64,000 bases of DNA from Escherichia coli (GTDB lineage Bacteria > Pseudomonadota > Gammaproteobacteria > Enterobacterales > Enterobacteriaceae). The position numbers and the translations under genes are program-made. The stretch is from the NCBI RefSeq assembly GCF_003018255.1, contig NZ_CP027440.1, one strand, 5' to 3'. Numbering within the stretch: position 1 is the stretch's first letter; each line of letters starts with the position of its first letter. Shown piece after piece: positions 33,300 through 43,423 of this stretch. Under the pieces are notes generated by a model. The model ran no database searches, was not told the DNA's origin, and worked only from the letters and a program-made list of their open reading frames with translations.

Positions 33300-34508
33300 T
33301 TAAAGGGAGCCATGCGCCTCACGCAACATTTTCTGCTCTGGCTGACGAATCGTCGTAGAGAGCGCCAGTGACAGAATCAGCAGTGCGAAAATCACGTAGA
33401 AGGTCACATAGAAGCCGCCAAACAGTGAGGCGATAATCGACCCACAAATGCTGCCGATACCGAAACCGAGATAAATCACACCGTAGTTTTTCGCCAGGTT
33501 ATTGAGGCCGAAGAACTCACTGACCAGTGACGGGAACACCGTGATAGTGCCGCCAAAGTTAAATGCCACGCAGGCAATCGCTGCAAAGAACGTCACTGCA
33601 TTCAATGGTGCAAACAGCAGGGCCGCCATACCCACCAGCGATATCACCTGACCAATGGTGATAACACGGATACGGGCGATTTTGTCAGACAGAATGCCCA
33701 GCACCAGACGACCAGAAAGGTTGGCGATGGAAATAACCGTCACAGCATTGGCTGCGGAAATTGCATCAAGATGCGCCAGACTTTGAGCGATATCTTTCGC
33801 TACACCAATCACATACAGACCACTCATGCACGCAGTCAGGAACATAACCGCTAACATCCAGTACTGCGGTTTACGCATCGACTCTGCCAGGGTGTAGTCC
33901 TTCTCCACCACACCATTGCTGGTTTTCACTTCCTGTTTTGGTGCGTCTTTCATTAATGTTGCGCCAAAGACAATCATCACCAGCGCAATCGCTCCCCAAA
34001 TCACAAAGGTTTTTTCCAGACCCACCGTTTCCAGCAGCTGCGTGTCGATAAATTTGAAACCCAGGCTACCCAGACCATAAGAACCGATAGCGAACGCGGA
34101 GATCAGACCTTTACGCTCCGGGAACCACTTCACGCAGTTAGAGAGCGTCAGCAGGTAACCCGCGCCATCCGCCAGACCGACCAGCACACCGGCGCTTAAC
34201 CACAGCATCATCAGGTTGTCAGAATGCGCTGTCAGGAAGAAGCCTAATCCCAGCAAAATGCCGGAAGCCATAGTGACGCGTTTAACGCCAAAACGTTCCT
34301 GTAATTTCCCCGCAACAGAAGATGAAATTGCCAGCCCCAGACTTAACAAGCCGAAAGAGAAAGCGACCTGGCTTACCGGCGCATCCAGCTTGGCAGAAAG
34401 CGCGCCGTTAAACAGGCTCCAGGTATAAACCGACCCAAGGGCAAACTGGGTAATGATAGTACCGATGAGTGTCAACCAGCGGGTACGCTGATAATTTGAA
34501 GGTGTCAT
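33300..34508 (-). CDS. yhjX: MFS transporter YhjX
   Basis: ORF 33300..34553; internal start MTPSNYQRTRWLTLIGTIITQFALGSVYTWSLF (ATG at 34506..34508) gives 402 aa; 12-TM MFS-like. Confidence 0.88.
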   Translation of the reverse strand: MTPSNYQRTRWLTLIGTIITQFALGSVYTWSLFNGALSAKLDAPVSQVAFSFGLLSLGLAISSSVAGKLQERFGVKRVTMASGILLGLGFFLTAHSDNLMMLWLSAGVLVGLADGAGYLLTLSNCVKWFPERKGLISAFAIGSYGLGSLGFKFIDTQLLETVGLEKTFVIWGAIALVMIVFGATLMKDAPKQEVKTSNGVVEKDYTLAESMRKPQYWMLAVMFLTACMSGLYVIGVAKDIAQSLAHLDAISAANAVTVISIANLSGRLVLGILSDKIARIRVITIGQVISLVGMAALLFAPLNAVTFFAAIACVAFNFGGTITVFPSLVSEFFGLNNLAKNYGVIYLGFGIGSICGSIIASLFGGFYVTFYVIFALLILSLALSTTIRQPEQKMLREAHGSL

Positions 34509-34736
34509 GGCAGTATTCCTGCAGTAATAAAAAGGAAAAATCTCTGCTGACAACCATAACGAAGTGCACTTTATGCCTGGGGAAAAACGGCATGAAATGC
34601 CATCAGAACGGAATGAAATGCATTAGTTCAGGAATGAATGACTCGACAATTATTCACCAAATTTATTATTTAGTAAGTTAGCACCCACTATCGCCACATT
34701 AGTTGTTATTTATTGGTTTCAATTGTATCTATAACG

Positions 34737-35435
34737 TTAAAATCTGGCGCTAACCCCCATCGTATACAGATAGTCGCTATTGTTAGTGGTATTTTCTGCC
34801 TGAGATAGCGCAGCATAGGCAGCAATATTTTGATTGAGCAACATATCAGCGCCTACGGTGACATCCAGCCAGTTGCCGTTCTGGTTTGTCGCCGTCATCC
34901 GGCTCAGGCCTGATTGCGCCTTCCAGATATTCTCGCCAAATTGCTGGTTATAGCTGATTTGCGCCCAGGGTCGGAGATCGCCAAGCCGGGAGTCAACACG
35001 CCAGCCTAAGGTACTCACGCTGGCATGCCATAACGGATCGGCCAGCGTGGTAGTACTGTCGCCAAACTCGTTATACATCGAGGTGGTTGTGCCATCGTAA
35101 TGTAATGCCGCGACCGGGCCGGTTGTAACCTGCTCATATAAAGGAAAATTCCAGCCCATACTCATACTGCTGGTCACATCCACAGGAGTTTCTTCCGCCA
35201 GATTGACTTCCAGTCCCAGCGCCCTTTGGCTACTTTGAATACGTTGCGACAAAATATCGTTGTAATCAGGTTGATGATCGCTATCCCAGGTGTAACGCTC
35301 TGTGGAATGTCCGGGTTGCGTATCAACGATATATTCTTGTTGCCAGGCGTAAGCTGTGTTGAGAAAAAAGGCACTGATTACCACACTCGCCAGCAGGCTT
35401 AGCTGCCAGCGACCACCGCTTTTTTTTATGATCAT
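34737..35435 (-). CDS. yhjY: outer-membrane autotransporter-beta-domain-like protein YhjY
   Basis: Track ORF starts at GTG; ATG at 35433..35435 gives MIIKKSGGRWQLSLLASVVISAFFLNTAYA... (232 aa) with signal peptide and C-terminal F. Confidence 0.85.
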   Translation of the reverse strand: MIIKKSGGRWQLSLLASVVISAFFLNTAYAWQQEYIVDTQPGHSTERYTWDSDHQPDYNDILSQRIQSSQRALGLEVNLAEETPVDVTSSMSMGWNFPLYEQVTTGPVAALHYDGTTTSMYNEFGDSTTTLADPLWHASVSTLGWRVDSRLGDLRPWAQISYNQQFGENIWKAQSGLSRMTATNQNGNWLDVTVGADMLLNQNIAAYAALSQAENTTNNSDYLYTMGVSARF

Positions 35436-35592
35436 TAACACGACTCCAGGGAAGAGCCGAATTCGGCAATATTATTGTCATTGTATGAAGGATATCGGGC
35501 ATAGTAGCCCTGTATTAAATATTGACTTTTTCACCGATGCGTCAAGAAAAGCGGCTGAAATTTTTACGATCGGGTACATAGCGAGGGAAAGT

Positions 35593-36156
35593 ATGGAACG
35601 TTGCGGCTGGGTGAGTCAGGACCCGCTTTATATTGCCTACCATGATAATGAGTGGGGCGTGCCTGAAACTGACAGTAAAAAACTGTTCGAAATGATCTGC
35701 CTTGAAGGGCAGCAGGCTGGATTATCGTGGATCACCGTCCTCAAAAAACGCGAAAACTATCGCGCCAGCTTTCATCAGTTCGATCCGGTGAAGGTGGCTG
35801 CAATGCAGGAAGAGGATGTCGAAAGACTGGTACAGGACGCCGGGATTATCCGCCATCGCGGGAAAATTCAGGCAATTATTGGTAATGCGCGGGCGTACCT
35901 GCAAATGGAACAGAACGGCGAACCGTTTGCCGACTTTGTCTGGTCGTTTGTCAATCATCAACCACAGGTGACACAAGCCACAACGTTGAGCGAAATCCCC
36001 ACATCTACACCCGCCTCCGACGCCCTATCTAAGGCACTAAAAAAACGTGGTTTTAAGTTTGTCGGTACCACAATCTGTTACTCCTTTATGCAGGCATGTG
36101 GGCTGGTGAATGATCATGTGGTTGGCTGCTGTTGCCATCCGGGAAATAAACCATGA
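35593..36156 (+). CDS. tag: DNA-3-methyladenine glycosylase I
   Basis: ORF 35356..36156; internal ATG at 35593 gives MERCGWVSQDPLYIAYHDNEWGVPETDSKKLFEMICLEGQQAGLSW... (187 aa). Confidence 0.93.
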   Translation: MERCGWVSQDPLYIAYHDNEWGVPETDSKKLFEMICLEGQQAGLSWITVLKKRENYRASFHQFDPVKVAAMQEEDVERLVQDAGIIRHRGKIQAIIGNARAYLQMEQNGEPFADFVWSFVNHQPQVTQATTLSEIPTSTPASDALSKALKKRGFKFVGTTICYSFMQACGLVNDHVVGCCCHPGNKP

Positions 36157-36593
36157 TTCGGGAAGTGCAACATTCAGAACTCCCCGCGATCCTCGAACTG
36201 TGGCTGGAAAGTACAACCTGGGGGCATTCCTTTATAAAATCGAGTTACTGGCGTGACTGCATTCCGCTGGTGCGCGATGCGTATCTTGCCAACGCGCAAA
36301 ACTGGGTCTGGGAAGAAGACGGTAAGCTTCTCGGTTTTGTCAGCATTATGGAAGGCCGATTTCTGGCTGCAATGTTTGTCGCACCGAAGGCCGTCAGACG
36401 CGGTATTGGTAAGGCGCTAATGCAGTATGTGCAGCAGCGCCATCCCCATCTGATGCTGGAGGTTTATCAAAAAAATCAACCGGCGATAGATTTTTACCAG
36501 GCGCAGGGTTTTCACATTGTCGACTGCGCATGGCAGGATGAAACCCAACTACCCACCTGGATTATGAGCTGGCCGGTGGTTCAAACGCTGTAA
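36153..36593 (+). CDS. yiaC: GNAT-family N-acetyltransferase YiaC
   Basis: 146-aa [31 protein letters not shown]...; ATGA overlap with the tag stop. Confidence 0.88.
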   Translation: MIREVQHSELPAILELWLESTTWGHSFIKSSYWRDCIPLVRDAYLANAQNWVWEEDGKLLGFVSIMEGRFLAAMFVAPKAVRRGIGKALMQYVQQRHPHLMLEVYQKNQPAIDFYQAQGFHIVDCAWQDETQLPTWIMSWPVVQTL

Positions 36594-38895
36594 GTGTCAG
36601 TTCCGGACCGTTGTATTTTTCCAGCCATGCCAGCGCCGTATTACCCGCACAGCCATTCCCCAGCCGCGAGCTGGGGAGATCTTTGGTCAGCACGTTCACT
36701 GCGCCGTTTTTACAAATACCGTCAGCGGTTAAATCCAGATCCGGCCATGCCCCTTCGTGAATGCAAATCACGCCAGGTTTAATTCCCTCGCTAATGACTG
36801 CCCCGGCAAGAATTTGCCCGCGTGCGTTCCACAGCCGAACAGTATCGCCATCTTGTATGCCGCGCGCCTGAGCATCGTCAGGATGAATGGTGACAGGCTC
36901 ACGGTTTGCCACCGCGTACAATTCGCGCAGAGAACTGTAATTCAGCTGGCTGTGCAGACGATGTGCCGGATGAGCAGAAAGTACCTGCAACTGTTCCGGT
37001 TCGGCATTGCCCTGCCATTCGTCCGGCTCCAGCCACATTGGATGCCCAGGGCAATCCGGATAAGCGTAATCGGCAATACGCTGCGAGAAGATTTCAATCT
37101 TGCCGCTGGCGGTTTTTAATGGATGCGCCTGCGGATCGCGGCGAAAATCGGCGAAGCGAATAAACCGCTCGCTGTCCGGGTTTTCCGGCATCTCAATTAA
37201 CTGGTTGGCTTGCCAGAACTCAGCAAATGGCGGCAATTCAACCTGCTGGCTTGCCCCGCGTTGCCGGGCAACGTTATAAAACGTTTCCAGCCATTGCAGC
37301 TCACTTTTTCCTTCCGTAAACCGCGCATAGCCGCCCTTCTCCCAACGTTCACTTAACTCGGCAAAAACATCAAAATCATTACGCGCTTCATAGCGTGGCG
37401 GCACCACTTGCTTCATCGGCACCAGATGCTGATTACTGTAATCGCCGGTCATGGTGAGATCATTACGCTCAAAAGAGGTGGTCGCAGGCAGAACGATATC
37501 CGCGTGTTTCGCCGCCGCCGTCCAGAAGCATTCAGAGATCACCACCAGCTCCGGTTTTTGCCAGGCACGGATCAGGCGATTGGTATCCTGATGATGAGTA
37601 AAGTTGGCACCACCCGCCCACCAGATAAAACGAATATCCGGGAAATGTCGGTCCATACCGTTATGTTGATATGCGCCACCGGGGTTTTCCAGTGCTTCAA
37701 CAATGCGGGCAACAGGGATTTTATCCACCGCATCGGTGCCGCCAGGCAAACTGCCCTGCATGGAAGAGAGCACCGCAGCGCGGCGCGTGGGGTTACCACC
37801 ATTGGCAAAATGGTAAGAAAGACCAAAACCGCCGCCGGGTGTGCCGATTTGCCCCAACATTGCCGCCAGCGTGACGAGCATCCAGTGTTTTTGCTCACCA
37901 AACTGTTGGCGCTGCATTCCCCAGCCTGCCATCAGCATGGTTGTATTTTGGTGGAAAATAGCCGCCAGCTCGCGGATTTTCGCTGCGCCAACACCACAAA
38001 TCTCTGCCGCCCATTCGGCGTTTTTCGCTATACCATCACTCTCGCCCAGCAAATAAGAGGCGAAGACGGCATAACCTGTGGTGCAACGCGCCAGAAACGC
38101 TTCGTCGTGCCAACCATTTTCCACCAGCGTATGGGCGATCCCCAGCATCAACGCAACATCGGTGCCCATGTGTGGTGCCACCCACTCCATTTTATCGCCA
38201 AAGAAATCGATGGTTTCCGATCGCATTGGATCAATGCAGATCAGCTTTTTCCCGCTGTCACGCAGTGCGGAAAAGTAAGAAAGCCCCTGCTCATCGGATG
38301 CATTCCACGCAATTTTCAGCGTATTGAGTGGGTTAGCACTCCACAGCACCATGACATCGCTATGTTCCAGCACCAGCGGCCAACTGGTTTGCTGTTGATA
38401 AACTTCGCTGCCACCCACGACATACGGCATGATCGCCTGTGCCGCGCCGGTCGAATAATCCCCCAGATGCCCAGTATAACCGCCTGCCAGCGCCATATAG
38501 CGTTGTAATAATGTCGAGGCCTTATGCAGCACGCCGTTTGAACGCCAGCCGTAGGAACCAGCAAAAATCGATGCCGGACCATAAGCCTCACGAATGCGTT
38601 TATGTTGATGGTGAATAAGCTCCAGCGCCTCATCCCAACTCACGCGAACAAATTCATCCTGCCCACGAATGCCTTGCGGATTTTCCGGTGACGCAAGAAA
38701 GCCTTTGCGCACCATTGGAAATCGCACCCGCGTATTGCTGTGAACCTGGTCGCGAACCGCGCTCTGCAAGGAGTTTTCCATTCCTGTGGCTAACGCGCCA
38801 CGCGAGCTAAACACGGTTTCGCCGTCGGTTTCAACCAGCATAGGCCCCCAGTGGGCGGCAGTCAGAACGGAATATCGTGAGGATGAGTTGGCCAA
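36562..38895 (-). CDS. bisC: biotin sulfoxide reductase (molybdopterin oxidoreductase)
   Basis: 777-aa [39 protein letters not shown]...; its 3' end overlaps the yiaC 3' end by 32 nt (convergent). Confidence 0.92.
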   Translation of the reverse strand: MANSSSRYSVLTAAHWGPMLVETDGETVFSSRGALATGMENSLQSAVRDQVHSNTRVRFPMVRKGFLASPENPQGIRGQDEFVRVSWDEALELIHHQHKRIREAYGPASIFAGSYGWRSNGVLHKASTLLQRYMALAGGYTGHLGDYSTGAAQAIMPYVVGGSEVYQQQTSWPLVLEHSDVMVLWSANPLNTLKIAWNASDEQGLSYFSALRDSGKKLICIDPMRSETIDFFGDKMEWVAPHMGTDVALMLGIAHTLVENGWHDEAFLARCTTGYAVFASYLLGESDGIAKNAEWAAEICGVGAAKIRELAAIFHQNTTMLMAGWGMQRQQFGEQKHWMLVTLAAMLGQIGTPGGGFGLSYHFANGGNPTRRAAVLSSMQGSLPGGTDAVDKIPVARIVEALENPGGAYQHNGMDRHFPDIRFIWWAGGANFTHHQDTNRLIRAWQKPELVVISECFWTAAAKHADIVLPATTSFERNDLTMTGDYSNQHLVPMKQVVPPRYEARNDFDVFAELSERWEKGGYARFTEGKSELQWLETFYNVARQRGASQQVELPPFAEFWQANQLIEMPENPDSERFIRFADFRRDPQAHPLKTASGKIEIFSQRIADYAYPDCPGHPMWLEPDEWQGNAEPEQLQVLSAHPAHRLHSQLNYSSLRELYAVANREPVTIHPDDAQARGIQDGDTVRLWNARGQILAGAVISEGIKPGVICIHEGAWPDLDLTADGICKNGAVNVLTKDLPSSRLGNGCAGNTALAWLEKYNGPELTLTAFEPPASS

Positions 38896-39047
38896 ACCGA
38901 AGACTCCTGAAAGGTTAGATGTATTGAGCAGTTAAATATTACTTACAAATTTCCGAGTATTCCCAGGAATAATCTTCATGTTCACGCGGCATAATCTCCC
39001 GCCACAGAACCCGTGGCAAAGAATAAAAAGGTTATTAAGGATTAACA

Positions 39048-39707
39048 ATGAAGAAACGTGTTTATCTTATTGCCGCCGTAGTGAGTGGCGCTCTGGCGGT
39101 ATCTGGCTGTACAACTAACCCTTACACCGGCGAACGCGAAGCAGGTAAATCTGCTATCGGCGCAGGTCTGGGCTCTCTCGTTGGCGCGGGTATTGGTGCG
39201 CTCTCTTCTTCGAAGAAAGATCGCGGTAAAGGCGCGCTCATTGGCGCAGCAGCAGGCGCAGCTCTGGGCGGCGGCGTGGGTTATTACATGGATGTGCAGG
39301 AAGCGAAGCTGCGTGACAAAATGCGCGGCACTGGTGTTAGCGTAACCCGCAGCGGGGATAACATTATCCTCAATATGCCGAACAATGTGACCTTCGACAG
39401 CAGCAGCGCAACCCTGAAACCGGCGGGCGCTAACACCCTGACCGGCGTGGCAATGGTACTGAAAGAGTATCCGAAAACGGCGGTTAACGTGATTGGTTAT
39501 ACCGACAGCACGGGTGGGCACGACCTGAACATGCGTCTCTCCCAGCAGCGTGCGGATTCCGTTGCCAGCGCGTTGATCACCCAGGGCGTGGACGCCAGCC
39601 GCATCCGTACTCAGGGCCTTGGCCCGGCTAACCCAATCGCCAGCAACAGCACTGCAGAAGGTAAGGCGCAAAACCGCCGTGTAGAAATTACCTTAAGCCC
39701 GCTGTAA
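39048..39707 (+). CDS. yiaD: OmpA-family lipoprotein YiaD
   Basis: 219-aa ORF with lipobox (LAVSGC) and a C-terminal OmpA-like domain (NMRLSQQRADSVASAL...NRRVEI). Confidence 0.9.
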   Translation: MKKRVYLIAAVVSGALAVSGCTTNPYTGEREAGKSAIGAGLGSLVGAGIGALSSSKKDRGKGALIGAAAGAALGGGVGYYMDVQEAKLRDKMRGTGVSVTRSGDNIILNMPNNVTFDSSSATLKPAGANTLTGVAMVLKEYPKTAVNVIGYTDSTGGHDLNMRLSQQRADSVASALITQGVDASRIRTQGLGPANPIASNSTAEGKAQNRRVEITLSPL

Positions 39708-39715
39708 TCCCTTTC

Positions 39716-39750
39716 ATGCCAGGTGATGCAGAAATCACCTGGCATTCTTC
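39716..39750 (+). terminator. yiaD intrinsic terminator
   Basis: ATGCCAGGTGATGCAGAAATCACCTGGCAT hairpin followed by a T-rich tail. Confidence 0.6.
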
Positions 39751-39810
39751 AGTTTTCCTTCATCATATTTCAGGCTAAGGTGATCGCCTTATCAGTGAAT
39801 GGAGAGAAGA

Positions 39811-40785
39811 ATGAAGCCGTCCGTTATCCTCTACAAAGCCTTACCTGATGATTTACTGCAACGCCTGCAAGAGCATTTCACCGTTCACCAGGTGGCAAAC
39901 CTCAGCCCACAAACCATCGAACAAAATGCAGCAATTCTTGCCGAAGCTGAAGGTTTACTGGGTTCAAACGAGAATGTTGATGCCGCATTGCTGGAAAAAA
40001 TGCCGAAACTGCGTGCCACATCAACGATCTCCGTAGGCTATGACAATTTTGATGTCGATGCGCTTACCGCCCGAAAAATTCTGCTGATGCACACGCCAAC
40101 CGTATTAACAGAAACCGTCGCCGATACGCTGATGGCGCTGGTATTGTCTACCGCTCGTCGGGTTGTGGAGGTAGCAGAACGAGTAAAAGCAGGCGAATGG
40201 ACCGCGAGCATAGGCCCGGACTGGTACGGCACTGACGTTCACCATAAAACACTGGGCATTGTCGGGATGGGACGGATCGGCATGGCGCTGGCACAACGTG
40301 CGCACTTTGGCTTCAACATGCCCATCCTCTATAACGCGCGCCGCCACCATAAAGAAGCAGAAGAACGCTTCAACGCCCGCTACTGCGATTTGGATACACT
40401 GTTACAAGAGTCAGATTTCGTTTGCCTGATCCTGCCGTTAACTGATGAAACGCATCATCTGTTTGGCGCAGAACAATTCGCCAAAATGAAATCCTCCGCC
40501 ATTTTCATTAATGCCGGACGTGGCCCGGTGGTTGATGAAAATGCACTGATTGCTGCATTGCAGAAAGGGGAAATTCACGCTGCCGGGCTGGATGTCTTCG
40601 AACAAGAGCCACTGTCAGTAGATTCGCCGTTGCTCTCAATGGCCAACGTCGTCGCAGTACCGCATATTGGATCTGCCACTCATGAGACGCGTTATGGCAT
40701 GGCCGCCTGTGCCGTGGATAACTTGATTGATGCGTTACAAGGAAAGGTTGAGAAGAACTGTGTGAATCCGCACGTCGCGGACTAA
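39811..40785 (+). CDS. ghrB: glyoxylate/hydroxypyruvate reductase B
   Basis: ORF 39799..40785; ATG at 39811 gives [28 protein letters not shown]... (324 aa); D-2-hydroxyacid dehydrogenase motif GIVGMGRIG. Confidence 0.92.
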   Translation: MKPSVILYKALPDDLLQRLQEHFTVHQVANLSPQTIEQNAAILAEAEGLLGSNENVDAALLEKMPKLRATSTISVGYDNFDVDALTARKILLMHTPTVLTETVADTLMALVLSTARRVVEVAERVKAGEWTASIGPDWYGTDVHHKTLGIVGMGRIGMALAQRAHFGFNMPILYNARRHHKEAEERFNARYCDLDTLLQESDFVCLILPLTDETHHLFGAEQFAKMKSSAIFINAGRGPVVDENALIAALQKGEIHAAGLDVFEQEPLSVDSPLLSMANVVAVPHIGSATHETRYGMAACAVDNLIDALQGKVEKNCVNPHVAD

Positions 40786-40803
40786 GCCGCGACTGCGTGG
40801 AGT

Positions 40804-40829
40804 AAAGCCCGATAATCGCTCGGGCTTTT
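40804..40829. terminator. bidirectional terminator between ghrB and yiaF
   Basis: AAAGCCCGATAATCGCTCGGGCTTTT: stem flanked by A and T tracts. Confidence 0.55.
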
Positions 40830-40834
40830 ACTCT

Positions 40835-41545
40835 TTATTGGGTTGCAGTAACTGCTGTAGTCCAGGCCTGATTAAACGCCTGATGTTGTGCCGGTAATGG
40901 CGCAATCAGTTTGTTATATTCACTTGCCTGCTGCGAAGTCGGGAACTGGATGCCATTTGCGACAAAGCTCACCTGAGTACCTTGCTGAGCAATGTAGTCT
41001 CCAACCATCACCAGTTGTTGCGTGAAAGTTTGTGCCGCCGGAATCAACGGTTGCAACGCATCAGCTGGCGTCGTTACCACTTTGGTGAATGCCTGATCGA
41101 AGACCGGTTTCAGGTCATCGCTCTGTTTTAGCGCAGAGTGCGCAGCATCGGCCTGCAACTTCGCATTTTGCAGCTGTTGCGCCAGTACGCCCAGAGAACC
41201 GTTCATTTCACGCAGTGGGCCGCTTTGCGTAACGTAATCCTGCGGTACGCGAATTGCGTTAACGCTGTCTACAACCGGGCGCAGACCGGAATCCATCGCC
41301 TGATTCACCTGCTGAGAATAACCATACAGAATCGCGTAATCAGAGACAAAAGGACCAAACTGTTTTTTCTGATCGGCAGTCAGGGTTGGTAGACGTTCAC
41401 CGCTACGCATCACTGTATTCTGCAGGAAGTCGATAAACGCTTTACGCTGATCGCCTTCTTTATCAAAACACCCACTCAGGCTAACTACCATTAATAACGC
41501 CGCAAGAGGCGCAAACCAGCGAGAGCAGGACTTTCCTGTCGCCAT
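40835..41545 (-). CDS. yiaF: lipoprotein YiaF
   Basis: ORF 40835..41665; internal start MATGKSCSRWFAPLAALLMVVSLSGCFDKEG (ATG at 41543..41545) gives 236 aa with a lipobox. Confidence 0.85.
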   Translation of the reverse strand: MATGKSCSRWFAPLAALLMVVSLSGCFDKEGDQRKAFIDFLQNTVMRSGERLPTLTADQKKQFGPFVSDYAILYGYSQQVNQAMDSGLRPVVDSVNAIRVPQDYVTQSGPLREMNGSLGVLAQQLQNAKLQADAAHSALKQSDDLKPVFDQAFTKVVTTPADALQPLIPAAQTFTQQLVMVGDYIAQQGTQVSFVANGIQFPTSQQASEYNKLIAPLPAQHQAFNQAWTTAVTATQ

Positions 41546-41978
41546 TTTCTTACTCCTTTCACCCAAAAAAAGCGCACAACGACACACGCGTGTCTGACGT
41601 GACAAGGATAGTCCAGGACAGGCTTGCAGGATACCCTTTCTACGTAATCTTCCTGGTAAAATCATGGAGAAAATGAAACAAGGTCAATTTGTTGTTTCAT
41701 TGTTAAAAAATGATAGTGCCGTTGCTTTTTTTGTAGCCTGAGATTTACGCCTTCGCAGAACGTTAGATTTTCGAAATCTTTACAAACCGGGAGTGGTAAG
41801 AGATATATCGGCATTTATCAGATCGTTAGGTGGCTATAAGTCACGCTAAATGACTGGCTGAATCGAATCATAGCCAGAGCATGCCCTGACCACACCCCGC
41901 TATGTCTGTTTTTCCCGACTATTCTTAATGAGCTTCGATGCAATTCACGATCCCGCAGTGTGATTTGAGGAGTTTTCA

Positions 41979-42269
41979 ATGGAATATAAAGATCCAATGC
42001 ATGAGCTGTTGAGCAGCCTGGAACAGATTGTTTTTAAAGATGAAACGCAGAAAATTACCCTGACGCACAGAACAACGTCCTGTACCGAAATTGAGCAGTT
42101 ACGAAAAGGGACAGGGTTAAAAATCGATGATTTCGCCCGGGTTTTGGGCGTATCAGTCGCCATGGTAAAGGAATGGGAATCCAGACGCGTGAAGCCTTCA
42201 AGTGCCGAACTAAAATTGATGCGTTTGATTCAAGCCAACCCGGCATTAAGTAAGCAGTTGATGGAATAG
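41979..42269 (+). CDS. yiaG: XRE-family HTH transcriptional regulator YiaG
   Basis: 96-aa ORF with an HTH region (GLKIDDFARVLGVSVAMVKEWE). Confidence 0.85.
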   Translation: MEYKDPMHELLSSLEQIVFKDETQKITLTHRTTSCTEIEQLRKGTGLKIDDFARVLGVSVAMVKEWESRRVKPSSAELKLMRLIQANPALSKQLME

Positions 42270-42353
42270 ACTTTTATCCACTTTATTGCTGTTTACGGTC
42301 CTGATGACAGGACCGTTTTCCAACCGATTAATCATAAATATGAAAAATAATTG

Positions 42354-42382
42354 TTGCATCACCCGCCAATGCGTGGCTTAAT
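42354..42382 (+). promoter_or_regulatory. cspA sigma-70 promoter (-35 TTGCAT, -10 CTTAAT)
   Basis: TTGCAT at 42354..42359 and CTTAAT at 42377..42382 with a 17-bp spacer; an AT-rich UP-like element lies upstream. Confidence 0.7.
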
Positions 42383-42390
42383 GCACATCA

Positions 42391-42549
42391 ACGGTTTGAC
42401 GTACAGACCATTAAAGCAGTGTAGTAAGGCAAGTCCCTTCAAGAGTTATCGTTGATACCCCTCGTAGTGCACATTCCTTTAACGCTTCAAAATCTGTAAA
42501 GCACGCCATATCGCCGAAAGGCACACTTAATTATTAAAGGTAATATACT
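42391..42549 (+). promoter_or_regulatory. cspA 159-nt 5' UTR (cold-box / RNA thermosensor leader)
   Basis: Sequence from ACGGTTTGACGTACAGACCATTAAAG... to the ATG matches the recalled cspA leader. Confidence 0.75.
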
Positions 42550-42762
42550 ATGTCCGGTAAAATGACTGGTATCGTAAAATGGTTCAACGCTGACAAAGGC
42601 TTCGGCTTCATCACTCCTGACGATGGCTCTAAAGACGTGTTCGTACACTTCTCTGCTATCCAGAACGATGGTTACAAATCTCTGGACGAAGGTCAGAAAG
42701 TGTCCTTCACCATCGAAAGCGGCGCTAAAGGCCCGGCAGCTGGTAACGTAACCAGCCTGTAA
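42550..42762 (+). CDS. cspA: major cold shock protein CspA
   Basis: 70-aa [73 protein letters not shown] with RNP1/RNP2 motifs. Confidence 0.97.
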
Positions 42763-42791
42763 TCTCTGCTTAAAAGCACAGAATCTAAGAT

Positions 42792-42817
42792 CCCTGCCAT
42801 TTGGCGGGGATTTTTTT
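42792..42817 (+). terminator. cspA intrinsic terminator
   Basis: CCCTGCCATTTGGCGGGG hairpin followed by ATTTTTTTATTTGTTTTT. Confidence 0.7.
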
Positions 42818-42949
42818 ATTTGTTTTTCAGGAAATAAATAATCGATCGCGTAATAGAATCTAGTGTTATTTTTGTGAAGAATAAATTTGGGTGCAATGAG
42901 AATGCGCAACGCCGTAAGAAAGGCGGGAATAACTTCCCGCCAAAGTCTC

Positions 42950-43102
42950 TTACTCTTTCAAATTGCAGGCTAAAAATGCCGCCAGCTCATAACTTCCCTG
43001 TTTAATATGCAATTCACACAGTGAATCTCTTACCATCCAGGTAAAAAATAAAAGCGTGAAACAAATCACTATTAAAGAAAGCAATCTATATTTCTGCGGC
43101 AT
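42950..43102 (-). CDS. hokA: Hok-family type I toxin HokA (50 aa)
   Basis: MPQKYRLLSLIVICFTLLFFTWMVRDSLCELHIKQGSYELAAFLACNLKE, a single-TM Hok/Gef-family peptide; ATG at 43100..43102. Confidence 0.8.
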   Translation of the reverse strand: MPQKYRLLSLIVICFTLLFFTWMVRDSLCELHIKQGSYELAAFLACNLKE

Positions 43103-43162
43103 TCCCAGCCTCCTGTGTTGATTTCCAACGAGTAAGAGGCTAACCTTATGGTGTTCAGGCAT
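42950..43162 (-). CDS. mokA: MokA, the N-terminally extended reading frame of the hok locus
   Basis: 70-aa ORF in the same frame as, and ending with, the Hok peptide; analogous to the mok/hok arrangement. Confidence 0.55.
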   Translation of the reverse strand: MPEHHKVSLLLVGNQHRRLGMPQKYRLLSLIVICFTLLFFTWMVRDSLCELHIKQGSYELAAFLACNLKE

Positions 43163-43380
43163 AGGGTAGCCTCACTTTGATTTATAGTCAGGTGGGGCTT
43201 TTCTCTGTCTGCCTTTCGGTGAATACCTGAGACAAACAGTCTCAAGCACCCACAGCTATTCTAGCTTAATAAGTTCGTTTCTTCTCCTTGATATAATCCT
43301 AAAAAAATCTCATAAAATTAATATATGAGACAATCTTTATTCAGCAGAAGATTATTAAAGGTTGCTCTATTATTTAGCGA

Positions 43381-43410
43381 TAAAAAAGCCTGCCAGATGG
43401 CAGGCTTTTT
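43381..43410 (-). terminator. glyQS operon terminator (bidirectional hairpin)
   Basis: AAAAAAGCCTGCCAGATGGCAGGCTTTTT immediately 3' of the glyS stop. Confidence 0.65.
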
Positions 43411-43423
43411 AATAACGGCGTTA

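Noticed and set aside
37408-38508. 366-aa plus-strand ORF antisense to bisC
   Set aside because: Embedded antisense ORF with low-complexity composition; bisC on the opposite strand is full length and well supported.
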